This document shows positions 49,961-60,813 of a stretch of DNA of 64,000 nucleotides, piece by piece. The notes under the pieces are model-generated. The model was not told the origin of the DNA, did no database searches, and saw nothing but the letters and a program-made list of their open reading frames with translations. The first letter of the stretch is position 1. The number at the start of each line of letters is the position of its first letter. Both the position numbers and the translations under genes were made by a program. Origin of the DNA: Candidatus Cloacimonadales bacterium. Its GTDB lineage: Bacteria; Cloacimonadota; Cloacimonadia; Cloacimonadales; JAFGVF01. The stretch lies in assembly GCA_963662585.1 (NCBI GenBank), contig OY759729.1:2976001-3040000 (forward strand), given 5' to 3'.

Positions 49961-52900
49961 TCAAATTTGCTAACTCTTCCAAACTCATTTCTTCATATTG
50001 CTCTGGTGTTAATCCAAAGACTGATAATACTCTCTTGATTTCTGGATCAACTATTTTTGCTTCATCATAAGTTAATTCATAAAGTTTATAGACTATTATA
50101 TCTAACATTATTTCAGTATTTATCGTATCATTATTATCTTGTTTATCAAAGATTATTTTATCAACATATTGAATAATTTTTTCAATAATATGATAGCTTA
50201 TTTGATCATCTATAGGAAATTTTTTACAGTTTTCAATCAAAATTTTCTGAAAGGTCTCTTTCTCAACATCTAAAAATTTATATTTGTGATAAAAGTTCAT
50301 CAATTTACTATTTAGCAATGCAAGGATATATTTTAAATTTAGCTTTGAATTTTGCTTTTGTGTAATTACGAAGCCAATCTGTGTATGGTAAAGTTCTTCT
50401 TTAGTGTATCCAGCAAAAATTGTTGGAGGTTTTCCAGAAACAATTTGTCTTACAATAATCCTAGGAGATGTAAAAAACTTTTTTTGCCTTGGAGCACCTA
50501 GCCAATTTCCATAGTTCAAGTAACCATCAATTTCACTTTTAACAAGATACTTAACAATATTTTTCCCGGATATTAGTGGTACAAAATTTTTATCTTTCTT
50601 GAGCTTTGAATGAAAAATCTTATTATCAATCATATCTTTACTATGACCTTTATACTTATCATAGGGTGTAATTCCTAGAGAAAATTCAGCATAATTATTT
50701 AAATATGATTTATTATTCTCAATTTTACTTAAAATGCTTCTTTGAAAAGGAGATATAAAAATATTGAATTTATATTTATTTTCTTCATTCCAAAAAGATT
50801 TATCATGAGCTTTGTAGCATAGGTTATTACAATCAAAAACTTCTTCTTGATTGAAGACATATCCTCTAACTTCTTTTACTTGAGAAAATTTATTGAGTAG
50901 TATGATAATTGTTTCAACAAACGCATTTTCGAAAACAGAGTTTGGAAGTTTGACAATTAAATTTAGACTTTTCAATATTAATTTTCTCAACTTTGTATAT
51001 GAACTATTCATAAGTAAAGAGTTAGGATTTATATATGTTAAAATTCCTTTATCGTTTATTAAATGAAATCCTTTTTCAATAAAAACAGCATATAAATTGA
51101 TTCTATTTTGTGTAGTATTAAAATTATTAAAAAAATATTTTACATCAGTAATAGGAAGTTGTTTAATATCCACATACGGTGGATTCCCAATCACAATATC
51201 AAAACCTCCATTTTCTTTAAAGACATCAGCAAAGTAAAGATGCCAGGGGAAGAAGGGTCTAATCTTATCTTTTTTAGTGAACTCATGCAGTTGAGCTTCA
51301 AGCTCCATGTAATCAAACTTATATTTTTTCTTTAATTGAGAACTCTCTGCTTGGATGTAGGCTTCTCTTTGTTCATTAGTAGACAATTGATTAGCAGTGC
51401 TTATCATTTGATTATAGGCTTGGAAGTACTCTTCTTTATCATTTTCAATACGAGTTTTAAAGATTTTGACGATAGTATCTTCAATTTCATTGCGTAGGGA
51501 TACTTTTTTGTTTTTATCATTTTCTTTGTAAAGTTTTTCTTGGAGGAAGTGAAGATGATCAATTATTTGGTCTTCTTCTAAAAGTAAGGAGTTTTTATTT
51601 AATTGTGTAGCCAACTTCTTTTTATCGCTAGTTAGTTTTTTTTTCTCTTTTTCCAAAGCTTTAATTTGATTCAACAAGTCTTGATTTTGGACTGAAGTTT
51701 CAGTAAATTCTGCAAAGAACTTCTTTTGAATCATTTCTACTTGCTGGTTGATGTCTGCGATTTCATTAGTAATCTCTTTATCTTTTTTCTCAAGATCGGA
51801 GTATTTAGTTCTTACTTGATTAATATTGATATCCCCAAAAGATTCAATGAGGGAATTACCTTGCATGAACTTGTAATCGAAGTTGGGAAGAGCTTCAGGT
51901 ATTTCAGCATCAACCACTAGGGACAACCAGAAACGAATCTTAGCGATTTCAATAGCACCATTATCAATATCTACACCATAGATACACTTTTGAATTGTTT
52001 CTTTTTTTAGTTGGTAGAGATTGGCATTTTCATTGAGGAACTCATCTTTAATGTAAGAACGAATAGAGACAATCTCGTGGAGGATTCCCATGGGGAAGGC
52101 ACCTGAGCCAACTGCAGGGTCAGCAATCTTAATATTTACAAGTAGCTTGTTTACTTCTTCTACAATATCATAGAGTTCATTAAATTGCTTTTCAAATTCT
52201 TTTTCCTGTTCATCATTAGCAAAGTCCCCCTTGTTTAGATAGAGATCTTTATATTCAAAGAGGTGGTCCAGTTTCTCTTCGATATTTTCTTTATCCTGCA
52301 ATTTAGTAATTAAGAACTGTTTCAGACTTTCTCTCGTCATATAATTAACTATTTCTCGCGGAGTATAGAAAGCACCTTTACCTTTTCGGTTTATATCATC
52401 TAGTAAATTCTCAAAGACTTTACCTAGCATTTCAGGGTCTATGGCAATATCTTGTTCAAAGTAAGTATTTTCATCTATAGTGAAGTTATATTGATCAAAG
52501 ATATCAAGGATACCTGTATTCTTATCATTGGAGAAAAGCTCATTATTTGGAGCAAAAATAATAGTCTCATCATATTCATAAGGGCATTCAAATAGACCAC
52601 CATTTAGATAAGGTATTTTTAAAAAAGCATCATTAAATTTAAAGGAATCACCAACTTGGTTTAATCCTTCATAGAAGAGTTTTTCTAAGAACTTATCGAA
52701 ATAATTATATCCCTCTTTTTGGCATTTTTCAAAACCCCAGCGGAGGAAGTCTTGTCTGCCATCGGTCCAGTCATTGGTATTGCTAGGGTCTCCACCTAAC
52801 CATCTTTTCTTTTGGAGGAAGTAAAGGAAGGTAATTTGACCTAATAATTTACGGGCAAAGATATCAGAGTTAAAGCCTTCAGTTTTAGACATCACTATTT

Positions 52901-53498
52901 TAAAGTTGTTAGATTTTTCAAACTCATTTATTACTAAATCATAGAGCTCTTTATACTTATTAAAGAACTCTTTAGTAACAGGTTCAACAGCAAATCTGCC
53001 CACTAAATCAGCAAAATCTTTTATTTTTGCTGTTCCACTTATCTGTTTAGCTTTTACTAATTTATCAAAGAGTGTTCCGAGTTTTGCTTCATTTCCCAAA
53101 AGATAGGAGTAGCGTCTGGGATTTGAGAAAAGTTTTTTAGTCTTTTTATTATCTAATTCTAAGTCTATTGTTATTAAGGATAGTCTATAGTTGGCTAAAT
53201 TAGCTGATGTAAAGAAAACTATGGCTCTGTTCTTATTGAAACTTGCTAAAATTTTAAAGGCATCACGGGAGATAGTAACACGAGGGTCATTTTCAGAGTC
53301 ATGATGCATTTCAAAAACAGCTAAGTCTAAGGTCTCTGAATTTCCTAATAAAGTAACTTGATTTATCTTATTAGCTTTGAAAGATAGTTGATCAGTTACA
53401 TCTTCGATATCTATTTCAAAATCATCTGGTAATAAATATGTTTTTAAAAAATCTAAATATTTATGCCTATTGTATTTTTCACTGAATAATGAAATCAT
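49938..53498 (-). CDS. Eco57I/Type IIG-like N6-adenine methyltransferase with TaqI-like C-terminal specificity domain
   Basis: 'YLNGGLF', 'GAFYTP', motif I 'DPAVGSGAF', motif IV 'VIGNPPY'. Confidence 0.88.
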   Translation of the reverse strand: MISLFSEKYNRHKYLDFLKTYLLPDDFEIDIEDVTDQLSFKANKINQVTLLGNSETLDLAVFEMHHDSENDPRVTISRDAFKILASFNKNRAIVFFTSANLANYRLSLITIDLELDNKKTKKLFSNPRRYSYLLGNEAKLGTLFDKLVKAKQISGTAKIKDFADLVGRFAVEPVTKEFFNKYKELYDLVINEFEKSNNFKIVMSKTEGFNSDIFARKLLGQITFLYFLQKKRWLGGDPSNTNDWTDGRQDFLRWGFEKCQKEGYNYFDKFLEKLFYEGLNQVGDSFKFNDAFLKIPYLNGGLFECPYEYDETIIFAPNNELFSNDKNTGILDIFDQYNFTIDENTYFEQDIAIDPEMLGKVFENLLDDINRKGKGAFYTPREIVNYMTRESLKQFLITKLQDKENIEEKLDHLFEYKDLYLNKGDFANDEQEKEFEKQFNELYDIVEEVNKLLVNIKIADPAVGSGAFPMGILHEIVSIRSYIKDEFLNENANLYQLKKETIQKCIYGVDIDNGAIEIAKIRFWLSLVVDAEIPEALPNFDYKFMQGNSLIESFGDININQVRTKYSDLEKKDKEITNEIADINQQVEMIQKKFFAEFTETSVQNQDLLNQIKALEKEKKKLTSDKKKLATQLNKNSLLLEEDQIIDHLHFLQEKLYKENDKNKKVSLRNEIEDTIVKIFKTRIENDKEEYFQAYNQMISTANQLSTNEQREAYIQAESSQLKKKYKFDYMELEAQLHEFTKKDKIRPFFPWHLYFADVFKENGGFDIVIGNPPYVDIKQLPITDVKYFFNNFNTTQNRINLYAVFIEKGFHLINDKGILTYINPNSLLMNSSYTKLRKLILKSLNLIVKLPNSVFENAFVETIIILLNKFSQVKEVRGYVFNQEEVFDCNNLCYKAHDKSFWNEENKYKFNIFISPFQRSILSKIENNKSYLNNYAEFSLGITPYDKYKGHSKDMIDNKIFHSKLKKDKNFVPLISGKNIVKYLVKSEIDGYLNYGNWLGAPRQKKFFTSPRIIVRQIVSGKPPTIFAGYTKEELYHTQIGFVITQKQNSKLNLKYILALLNSKLMNFYHKYKFLDVEKETFQKILIENCKKFPIDDQISYHIIEKIIQYVDKIIFDKQDNNDTINTEIMLDIIVYKLYELTYDEAKIVDPEIKRVLSVFGLTPEQYEEMSLEELANLKTGVPQP

Positions 53499-54328
53499 TT
53501 TTTCTCCTTATAGGGTAAATTAATAGTTGAATTAGTTAAGACCTTAAGTTGATCAATAGCTATTTTGTTAAGTAATAGAAGTCTTTCCTGAGCAGGAATA
53601 TTTTCCTTAATATATATTGCATTTAGACTTTCCAGATTTGCTAAGATAATTAATTGTTCTATGCTTGCATAATCTCGAATATTCCCATTTTTATTAGGAT
53701 TATTGTCTCTCCATTCTTTAGCTGTTAAACCAAATAAAGCTAGATTTAAGAGGTCTGCTTCAGAAGCATAAGTAAAACTATGTTTTGTTATATCCAATAT
53801 TTGGGGAATGATATTTTGTTTAATCGCATCAGTATGAATTTTATAGTTTAGTTTTGATAAAATTCTTGATGTCTCCCACTCTAGTTTTCTTTCCTTATAC
53901 TGAGATTCTTTTAGACTCTGAAACTCTTTTATAAGATAGAGTTTGAATTCAGAACTTACCCATGAAGCAAACTCAAAGGCAATATCTTGATGAGCGAAAG
54001 TTCCTCCATATCTACCAGATTTAGAAAGAATCCCAATAGCATTTGTTGTAGTTATCCATCTTTGAGGGGATAATACAAAGGCATTAGAACCAGCTTGGTT
54101 TCTAAAGGTGTCGAATTCGACCCCTTTAAAATTAGGATTATGTAATTTTTCCCATAAACCCAAAAACTCAATTGTATTTTTACTCCTAAGCCAGTTTTTT
54201 ACAACATCTTTAGGTTCATCTGGATTTTTATATCTTGCAATATCTGTTAATGATATGTAACTATTACTATCAAGACCCTTTATTTTAACCTCAATATTAA
54301 ATACTTCTATAACCTTTGTTTTAGCCAA
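53495..54328 (-). CDS. KilA-N domain DNA-binding protein
   Basis: 'YISLTDIAR', 'EFLGLWE', 'GRYGGTFAHQDIAFEFASW'. Confidence 0.9.
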   Translation of the reverse strand: MAKTKVIEVFNIEVKIKGLDSNSYISLTDIARYKNPDEPKDVVKNWLRSKNTIEFLGLWEKLHNPNFKGVEFDTFRNQAGSNAFVLSPQRWITTTNAIGILSKSGRYGGTFAHQDIAFEFASWVSSEFKLYLIKEFQSLKESQYKERKLEWETSRILSKLNYKIHTDAIKQNIIPQILDITKHSFTYASEADLLNLALFGLTAKEWRDNNPNKNGNIRDYASIEQLIILANLESLNAIYIKENIPAQERLLLLNKIAIDQLKVLTNSTINLPYKEKK

Positions 54329-54339
54329 ATCTCCCCCTA

Positions 54340-57300
54340 TTAAAACTCTTCTGCTAAGATGAGTCTTTCCTTACCATCATTAACACTAGTGGATTTTTTT
54401 ATAATTCTCTCAAGATATTGATGAGGTACTTCTTTTTTAAATTCTTCTATGTCATCTTTAAGTGTCTTTTCATCAAAAGCTCTAATCAATTTAGCAAATC
54501 TGTCTGGTAAACCATCAAGAGATTCTAAAACTACTAGTAAGTCATCTAAATAGTCCTTATCTTCATTAAGGATTGATTTGATAACTTTTAATTTGTCAAT
54601 AGCTTCTCTTTTCCCTTTATCATTAGATTGCCTGCTCTTCTTGATAAAAAGTTTTTCTTTTATTTTCTGATAGATATTATCAAAATTATTTGTTACAGAT
54701 AAGCTTGATTCTTCAACTTCAGCCTCAAAGAGTTGGAATGCATCTTTAGCACTTAAAGCAACTACTTCAGTACCATCTGATGAGAATTTAAAGGTGTATT
54801 CATCACCTTTACTTCCGAAGACAATCACTCCACTGCTTTTACTTGCTGATCTTCTTATTCTTGTTCTATGAGGTATTTCTTGAGACTTTTCTATGACCTC
54901 TGGATTAGTAAGCTTGAGTTTATTATAGAAATCTAAATATTCTGCATCCCAAGATACTTGTTCCTGATTGGCAAACTCTTTTTCATATTGTTTTGCATAA
55001 AAGGACTCAAGTGTTTCATCAGGAGTAAGAATTTTTGTATCACTTCCTAAAATTGCTTGAATAACGGCTAATTTTAAGGTCGAAATTTGCTTAGTCCTTA
55101 CATGCTGAGCTCCAATGTCAGTGGGGAAGTAGTTATAGATATATAGTTTTTCAAAGACTTTCTTATCTATTCTGTTAATTCGTCCCACTCTTTGAATCAC
55201 TCTTGTGGGATTATAAGGGATATCATAGTTGAAGATTGTGCCAGCTCTGTGTAAGTTATAACCTTCTGAAATAGCATCAGTAGCAACTAAAATATCATAG
55301 TCATTCTTTTGTGATTTCTTATAACTGGCATCAAAGTTCTCTTTAATTATATCTTTATTATTTTTGTTGGCTTCACTTCCAGAGTATTTAAATATTCTAA
55401 ATTCATTTTTCAAGCATCGATATAGATATTCAGCAGTATCATTGAATTCTGTAAATATAATTATCTTCCTGTTAGGTTCATCTTCTAACTGCTTATTGAT
55501 AATCTCTTTGAAGTGCACAAGTTTTGGATCAATGCTGATTTTTCTCCAATCTTCTTGAATTGACTTTAACAGCTCAATATCTCTTCTCAAATCTTTGGCA
55601 AAATCTTCTTTAATTTCTTTAGCATCAATTATCATTAACCCTTTTTCATAATATTTTTGTAGTTGTTCTTCAAAAGTGAAATTAAATAATTCTTCCGATA
55701 TATCATCCCCCATGTCTTCCATGAGAGAATCTACATCAGGTAATTTACCCTTTTTATAGATGGGAACTTTATGTAGTCTATCATGCCAATTTAGGATTAA
55801 CTCAAAAGATTTAATCATGTTCTCTAAAGAGTTCATAAAGGCTTGAAAAGAACTTTCAAACCGTCTGACTAATAAATGCTTCATAAATTTAGCAATATTC
55901 ATTTGAGATTTTCTAAAGAGGTTTATATTCCCAAACTCTTTAGTGATTTTCTCTTTATATTTATCTTCGTCCACTAAGTATGATACCGGTTTATACCTAG
56001 CTCCCTCTAATCCCTTGCCTTTCTCATCTGTAGAAATCCTTTTCAAAGTCTTGAGATATAATTCACTTAAATCTCCTAAATCATACTCTTGTAGGATTGG
56101 GTCGTTAACTTGCGAATATGATATATTTTGACTCTCAAGATCTTTACGAAATTCTTCAATTTTCTCAAGATCAATTCGGCTTCTTCTGATTAAAACTGGG
56201 GAGAGTATATCTCTGATCTTATCAGAAAGTTCATTAATGCGTCTTTTTAATTCAGCCTCAGTAATTGAATTATCCTTCTGTCCTTCTTTGATATTTTTAT
56301 ATTCAATAATTAAGCTTTTAAACTGTAATGCTAAATTATCAACTGTTTGAATAGTCGATTTAGAGGGTAATTGAAACAACTTAATCATTGAAAAGATGTC
56401 TTGTGGTTTGTTATTAAAAGGAGTAGCAGTAAGAAGGATAACCTTGTTTCCTTGGCAAAGTTGATGGAGCAAACCGTAATCTCGGGTCATTTCATTTCTA
56501 TACTTATGAGCCTCATCGATAATTACTAACTTTTCTTCAGCAAAACTATTATCAGTAAGAGCATCTTCAATTTTACCACTGCTATATACCTTAGCTATAA
56601 AATCAAAATTATAACAATACTCATTCCATTGTTCTACAAGATGAGGTGGGGCTATAACAATTGCTTTCTTTCTTAAATTATAGGCAATTGCAGAAGCAAT
56701 GATACTTTTACCCAAACCAACAACATCAGATATGATAAGACCATTATGCTTTTTTATTATCTTTAATCCTCTATGTAAAGCATCTGTTTGATATTCTAAA
56801 TCAAAGTATGCTTCATCAGTAATCTGTGAGGGAAGTTTAATGTCATTTTCTTTTTTAAGTGAAAAATATTCATCTAAAACTCTAACGAACATAATGAATG
56901 GTTTTGGTAGCTTTTCAAACCAAATCCTTTCAACTACACTTTCTAAAAAGTCAGCAAGATTATTTTTACTTACTATGTCAATTCCTGTTTCCCATAACTC
57001 ATCAAATAGTTCCTTCCCTTGGTAATATGTTCTATCTCTAAAAATAGTATTAATCTCACCTTGTCCATAGAGACCTGATTTAGTCAAATTACTTGAACCA
57101 GTAATCATTGTTCCAGGCCAACTTCCGCCTTGATTAAATTCCGGAGCAGCTTGAAATAGATAGAGTTTTGAGTGATTGGGCTTAATAGTTTTTCTTATCT
57201 CAAGACTTCTGTTTTTTATTTTTTCTATAAATAGTTTGAATGATCTCTGCTTTTCTTCACAATCAAAGAAATTACTATCATTGAAGAATTTAACAAAATT

Positions 57301-57564
57301 ATCATTATATTCTCTTCTAATCTGACTTTTAGATTTCTCGATATTTTCTACTAACTCAAATTCTCTAAATTTGTTGAGAATGTTCTTTTCTATATCAAGA
57401 CCTACAAGTATTTTTATTTCTTTATCTTTTAAATCATCATGTAATTCATTAAAACCTGAATAATAGAAATATCCTACTAACACAAACAGCTTGTCTGTTG
57501 ATGGCAATATCTTACTAATTTCATCACCAAGTTTTTGTTCATTATTTGTAATTAAATCAGCCAT
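54340..57564 (-). CDS. PLD-like nuclease - SNF2 helicase fusion
   Basis: 'HSKLYLF...GSSNLT'; 'DVVGLGKS', 'IDEAH', 'LTATP', 'QRVGRINRI'; likely start MADL with GGAGG RBS. Confidence 0.88.
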   Translation of the reverse strand: MADLITNNEQKLGDEISKILPSTDKLFVLVGYFYYSGFNELHDDLKDKEIKILVGLDIEKNILNKFREFELVENIEKSKSQIRREYNDNFVKFFNDSNFFDCEEKQRSFKLFIEKIKNRSLEIRKTIKPNHSKLYLFQAAPEFNQGGSWPGTMITGSSNLTKSGLYGQGEINTIFRDRTYYQGKELFDELWETGIDIVSKNNLADFLESVVERIWFEKLPKPFIMFVRVLDEYFSLKKENDIKLPSQITDEAYFDLEYQTDALHRGLKIIKKHNGLIISDVVGLGKSIIASAIAYNLRKKAIVIAPPHLVEQWNEYCYNFDFIAKVYSSGKIEDALTDNSFAEEKLVIIDEAHKYRNEMTRDYGLLHQLCQGNKVILLTATPFNNKPQDIFSMIKLFQLPSKSTIQTVDNLALQFKSLIIEYKNIKEGQKDNSITEAELKRRINELSDKIRDILSPVLIRRSRIDLEKIEEFRKDLESQNISYSQVNDPILQEYDLGDLSELYLKTLKRISTDEKGKGLEGARYKPVSYLVDEDKYKEKITKEFGNINLFRKSQMNIAKFMKHLLVRRFESSFQAFMNSLENMIKSFELILNWHDRLHKVPIYKKGKLPDVDSLMEDMGDDISEELFNFTFEEQLQKYYEKGLMIIDAKEIKEDFAKDLRRDIELLKSIQEDWRKISIDPKLVHFKEIINKQLEDEPNRKIIIFTEFNDTAEYLYRCLKNEFRIFKYSGSEANKNNKDIIKENFDASYKKSQKNDYDILVATDAISEGYNLHRAGTIFNYDIPYNPTRVIQRVGRINRIDKKVFEKLYIYNYFPTDIGAQHVRTKQISTLKLAVIQAILGSDTKILTPDETLESFYAKQYEKEFANQEQVSWDAEYLDFYNKLKLTNPEVIEKSQEIPHRTRIRRSASKSSGVIVFGSKGDEYTFKFSSDGTEVVALSAKDAFQLFEAEVEESSLSVTNNFDNIYQKIKEKLFIKKSRQSNDKGKREAIDKLKVIKSILNEDKDYLDDLLVVLESLDGLPDRFAKLIRAFDEKTLKDDIEEFKKEVPHQYLERIIKKSTSVNDGKERLILAEEF

Positions 57565-58468
57565 GCTCCCTCCAAGTATTTTGTTTGATGTCATTTAATA
57601 TAAATGTAAAAAATTAAGCAAGAAAAAAAATGCTTATCAATAGGTTCTAGAGAATGGTTATATCTACCCTTGCTTTCTGTAAAAAATAATTAATTAGTCC
57701 CCACTAGGATATTTTATCAAGATCTCTTAATTTCATTTTTACTAGTCCACTTATATGCTTCCAAAATCGCTAATACGGGTCTCCATTATAAATTATACAT
57801 TAGAATTAGAAGATTATATGTCACCCCTCTAGGGTTCATCTGTGGTTGGGATCTTGGTACAGTGTCTTGCGAACACTGCCTATTATATGGCATCCTTCAG
57901 GATACAGGATGTTGATAAACCCTGTGTTTTCAAAAGGAGTAATAAATATCAAGAATTTCGCATATTTTAACTAATTATTAAAGTCGCTATATATTTATTC
58001 AAACTCTTTTCTGCGATGTATTTAAATACTATCTTGTTTGAGTTTAAATAAATATATTAGTGATCTCTTTTTGTAAAAAGAGACCAAAAATACAGAGATG
58101 TTGACTTTGTCAACACTCTGCATCCTTCAGGATTAAAGTCTTATAAAACAAGCAAGAATAAGGACATAAATAATTCTAAGGCAAAAAAAATCATGAAACT
58201 CCTATCAGACTATTTTTATTAGTAAGTTATACCTTGTAACTTTATCCTAAACATTTATTCCCTATATCAAATGTTTCTATTACACCACCGGACTTGAACA
58301 AAAGCCGTATTTATAGATTTTACTAGATATAAGATATGTATTTCAATGAGGTAATTGAATAAATTTTTGCAGAGTCTCTGTTTATCAGAATTGTTTTCAA
58401 AATTAAAAATCATTGACATGATAAAATACCTATTTCTAATGACATAAAAAGATAGTTTAGGAGAATAA

Positions 58469-59905
58469 ATGTCAAATAAAGTAAGAGTTAGGTTAGCTCC
58501 AAGTCCAACAGGTTATCTACATTTAGGTACTTTAAGAGTAGCTTTATATAACTATGCCTTTGCTAAAAAAAATAATGGAAAATTTATCTTAAGAATAGAA
58601 GACACAGATCAAAATAGATTAGTCGATGATGCAGTAGAAAACATAATTTCAACTCTCAAGACCATTGGAGTAGTCTTTGATGAAGGTCCTAATACTGGTG
58701 GGGATTACGCACCTTATGTTCAATCGGAAAGATTAGATATCTATAAGAAATATATTAATGAATTAGTTGAAAAAGGTTTAGCTTATCATTGTTTCTGTGA
58801 TAAAGAGACTTTAGATGAAATGCGTGCTGCCCAGATGGAAAGAAAAGAAGATCCGAAGTACGATAGACGCTGTTTAAATTTATCTAAAGATGAGGTTCAA
58901 GCCAAGATAGATAAGGGTGAATCCTATGTTATAAGATTAAGAATGCCAGATGATAGGATTTTCTCTTTTGATGATGCTATAAGAGGTATCGTGGAAATTA
59001 ACTCTAGTCAGGTAGATGACCAAGTTATTCTCAAATCTGACGGTTTCCCTACTTATCACCTTGCAGCTTGTGTTGATGACCACTTAATGGAAATTACTCA
59101 TGTATTCAGAGGTGAAGAGTGGATTTCATCTACTCCAAAACATATCTGGCTTTATGAATGTCTTGGCTGGCAAGCACCTAAATTTGTTCATTTACCACTA
59201 ATAATGAATACAGATCACTCTAAACTTAGCAAACGCAAGAATGATGTATCTGTGGAAAATTATCTACAAAAAGGATATCCAGTTCCTGCAATTATTAACT
59301 ATATTGCACTAATTGGTTGGCACACTTCTGATGATAGAGAATTCTTCTCCCTAGAAGATTTATGTCATGAATTTAGCTTGGATAGAGTTAATAAAGCTAA
59401 CGGTGTCTTTGATATAGTTAAGCTTAATTGGATGGCTGGAATGTATATCCGTGAAATGAGTAATGAAGATTTGGCTGATAAGTGCCGTCCATTTTTAGAA
59501 AAAGCTGGATATGATGTAAGTGACCAAAGAAAACTCTTGGCTGTTATGGATAATGCTAAAGATAGAATTTTCTGCTACTCACAAGTTATTGAGCATTCTC
59601 AAATGTTCTATGAAGATTTAAATATCTCCGAAGAAGATAAAAACATTTTAGCTGAAGATGATTCTCAAACTGTTCTTAAGTATTTTGTCGAAAATGCTGA
59701 TAATATTCCTTGGGACAAGTCTGAAGAGCTTGGCCTCTTTATTAAAGAAGGTTCAAAAGTCATTGGTGTAAAAGGTAAAAAGTATTTCTTCCCACTAAGA
59801 ATCTCACTTTTTGGCTCTAGTCATGGTCCTGATATACCAAAGTTATTCGCTATTTTAGGAAAAGATGATACTCTGGCAAGAATGAAGAAACACATAAAAA
59901 ATTGA
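58469..59905 (+). CDS. gltX: Glutamate--tRNA ligase
   Basis: 'RLAPSPTGYLHLG', 'RIEDTD', 'RGEEW', 'KLSKR'. Confidence 0.97.
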   Translation: MSNKVRVRLAPSPTGYLHLGTLRVALYNYAFAKKNNGKFILRIEDTDQNRLVDDAVENIISTLKTIGVVFDEGPNTGGDYAPYVQSERLDIYKKYINELVEKGLAYHCFCDKETLDEMRAAQMERKEDPKYDRRCLNLSKDEVQAKIDKGESYVIRLRMPDDRIFSFDDAIRGIVEINSSQVDDQVILKSDGFPTYHLAACVDDHLMEITHVFRGEEWISSTPKHIWLYECLGWQAPKFVHLPLIMNTDHSKLSKRKNDVSVENYLQKGYPVPAIINYIALIGWHTSDDREFFSLEDLCHEFSLDRVNKANGVFDIVKLNWMAGMYIREMSNEDLADKCRPFLEKAGYDVSDQRKLLAVMDNAKDRIFCYSQVIEHSQMFYEDLNISEEDKNILAEDDSQTVLKYFVENADNIPWDKSEELGLFIKEGSKVIGVKGKKYFFPLRISLFGSSHGPDIPKLFAILGKDDTLARMKKHIKN

Positions 59906-59934
59906 GAATTGAGAATTGAGAATTGAGAATTGAG
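59900..59934. repeat. Heptamer tandem repeat (AATTGAG)x5 overlapping the gltX stop
   Basis: Read directly from the sequence. Confidence 0.9.
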
Positions 59935-60199
59935 ATGAGGGCTTCTTAACTGGGAATGTGGGCATCCCTGCCCGCTATCATTGTGCAAACAATGATATTT
60001 CTTAAATCCAAAGGGATGTTATTCATCGGCAAGAGGTGTAACCCTGTAAGGGGTCAATAGAGAAAATAATAATTGCAAAAAACAGTCAAATTCTTTAGTG
60101 TAAGATCATAATATTGTGGTTTATGAAAATGAGTAGTGAATATGGAAACAGTATTGCATTACAGGTTATTAATAAAAATTACGAATTAGGAGATAATAG

Positions 60200-60805
60200 A
60201 TGAATTATGTCAAAAAGTTAGAAGGCGATAAGGTGATTTTCTCACCAACAGAGTTATCAGAAGCTAGGAAATATATGGCTTGGTATAATGATTTTGAGAT
60301 TGGTTTCTTTACAGGTACTCAGGATTCACTCCTTACTGAAGAAGATGAAATTGCTTCTTTAAAGAAACTATCAAAAGAAGGATATTTATTCACTATTTTA
60401 GATAAAGATACAAAAACTCCAATAGGAAATTGTGGTATTCATCAAATTAACTGGGTTAATAGAACAGCTGAAATTGGTATAAGCATTGGTAACAAGAGTT
60501 ACTGGAATAAAGGTTTTGGAACTGAATCTACGACCCTTTTATTAGCTTTTGCTTTCCATATTCTAAATCTAAACAATGTTATGCTCCGAGTTTTAGAGTG
60601 TAATCCCCGAGCTATTCATATCTACGAAAAACTTGGTTTTACTCAGATAGGAAGAAGAAGAGAAGTCGTTACTGTAGCGAATGAAAATTTTGATATGCTT
60701 TATTATGATATTTTAAATAGTGATTTTAAATCAAACATAATCAAAGACTTAACTACTAAATATAAAAGTGCTGATAAAGATCTTAATAAAATCTCTTTAA
60801 TGTAG
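60200..60805 (+). CDS. GNAT (RimJ/RimL-like) acetyltransferase
   Basis: 'AEIGISIG...YWNKGFGT', 'NPRAIHIYEKLGF'. Confidence 0.88.
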   Translation: MNYVKKLEGDKVIFSPTELSEARKYMAWYNDFEIGFFTGTQDSLLTEEDEIASLKKLSKEGYLFTILDKDTKTPIGNCGIHQINWVNRTAEIGISIGNKSYWNKGFGTESTTLLLAFAFHILNLNNVMLRVLECNPRAIHIYEKLGFTQIGRRREVVTVANENFDMLYYDILNSDFKSNIIKDLTTKYKSADKDLNKISLM

Positions 60806-60813
60806 AGGTAAAT

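Noticed and set aside
416..57025. Numerous 60-140-aa antisense ORFs overlapping long genes
   Set aside because: Shadow ORFs opposite well-supported CDSs, with no motifs or RBS.
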